Origin: Octopus vulgaris
Lineage: Eukaryota
DNA: 64,000 nt
Direction of reading: 5' to 3'
NCBI GenBank assembly: GCA_951406725.2
Contig: OX597838.1
Span: 9,734,001 to 9,798,000, forward strand
Positions 63,850-64,000 of this stretch are shown here, piece by piece. The notes under the pieces were generated by a model. That model worked only from the letters and a program-made list of their open reading frames with translations, searched no databases and was not told the origin of the DNA. Position numbers and translations under genes: made by a program. Position 1 is the stretch's first letter; the number at the start of each line of letters is the position of its first letter.

Positions 63850-63907
63850 GATAACCGAAGAGATGTCGTGGATTCCCACTTCGGCATCTGAAACTCAGAG
63901 TTTTATC
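63850..63907 (+). ncRNA. Hammerhead motif (CCGAAGA core variant)
   Basis: GATAA CCGAAGA GATGTCG ... CGGCATC T GAAACTCAGAGTT TTATC. Confidence 0.62.
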
Positions 63908-64000
63908 TTGACTATCGAGTAATGTAACATATTATTGTATAGATATATATATACATGTATATATATATGTGTGTGTGTGTATACATGTATGTATATATCT

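Overview
Eukaryotic, very microsatellite- and SINE-rich DNA whose repeat families look like octopus (taxon is an inference). Two convergent multi-exon genes can be assembled by hand with GT-AG sites and matching phases. (1) A secreted matrix metalloproteinase (MMP) on + runs from ATG 8959 through signal peptide, PRCGLPD cysteine switch, HEFGHTLGLPHS zinc motif, Met-turn and hemopexin domain. Its last exon is tandemly duplicated (28886-28979 and 31805-31955), giving 456- and 475-aa predicted products. (2) An MSL3 homologue (chromo-barrel plus MRG domain) on - spans 59317 to 46315; its first coding exon was not found in the window. The strongest signals are: the two MMP terminal exons differ almost only by amino-acid-changing substitutions (14 of 30 codons) while the adjacent intron is about 99% identical; the MMP promoter, 5'UTR and first 8 codons are duplicated head-to-head; at least 9 Penelope-type hammerhead ribozyme motifs are present, one attached to a tRNA-like head; and a 127-bp near-perfect hairpin lies in the last MMP intron. 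The rest is tRNA-derived SINEs, R4/Dong-, RTE-, CR1- and HERO-like LINE fragments, Tc1/mariner relics, a Helitron, MITEs and simple repeats. Most ORFs in the supplied track are microsatellite artefacts. All counts are from manual alignment.
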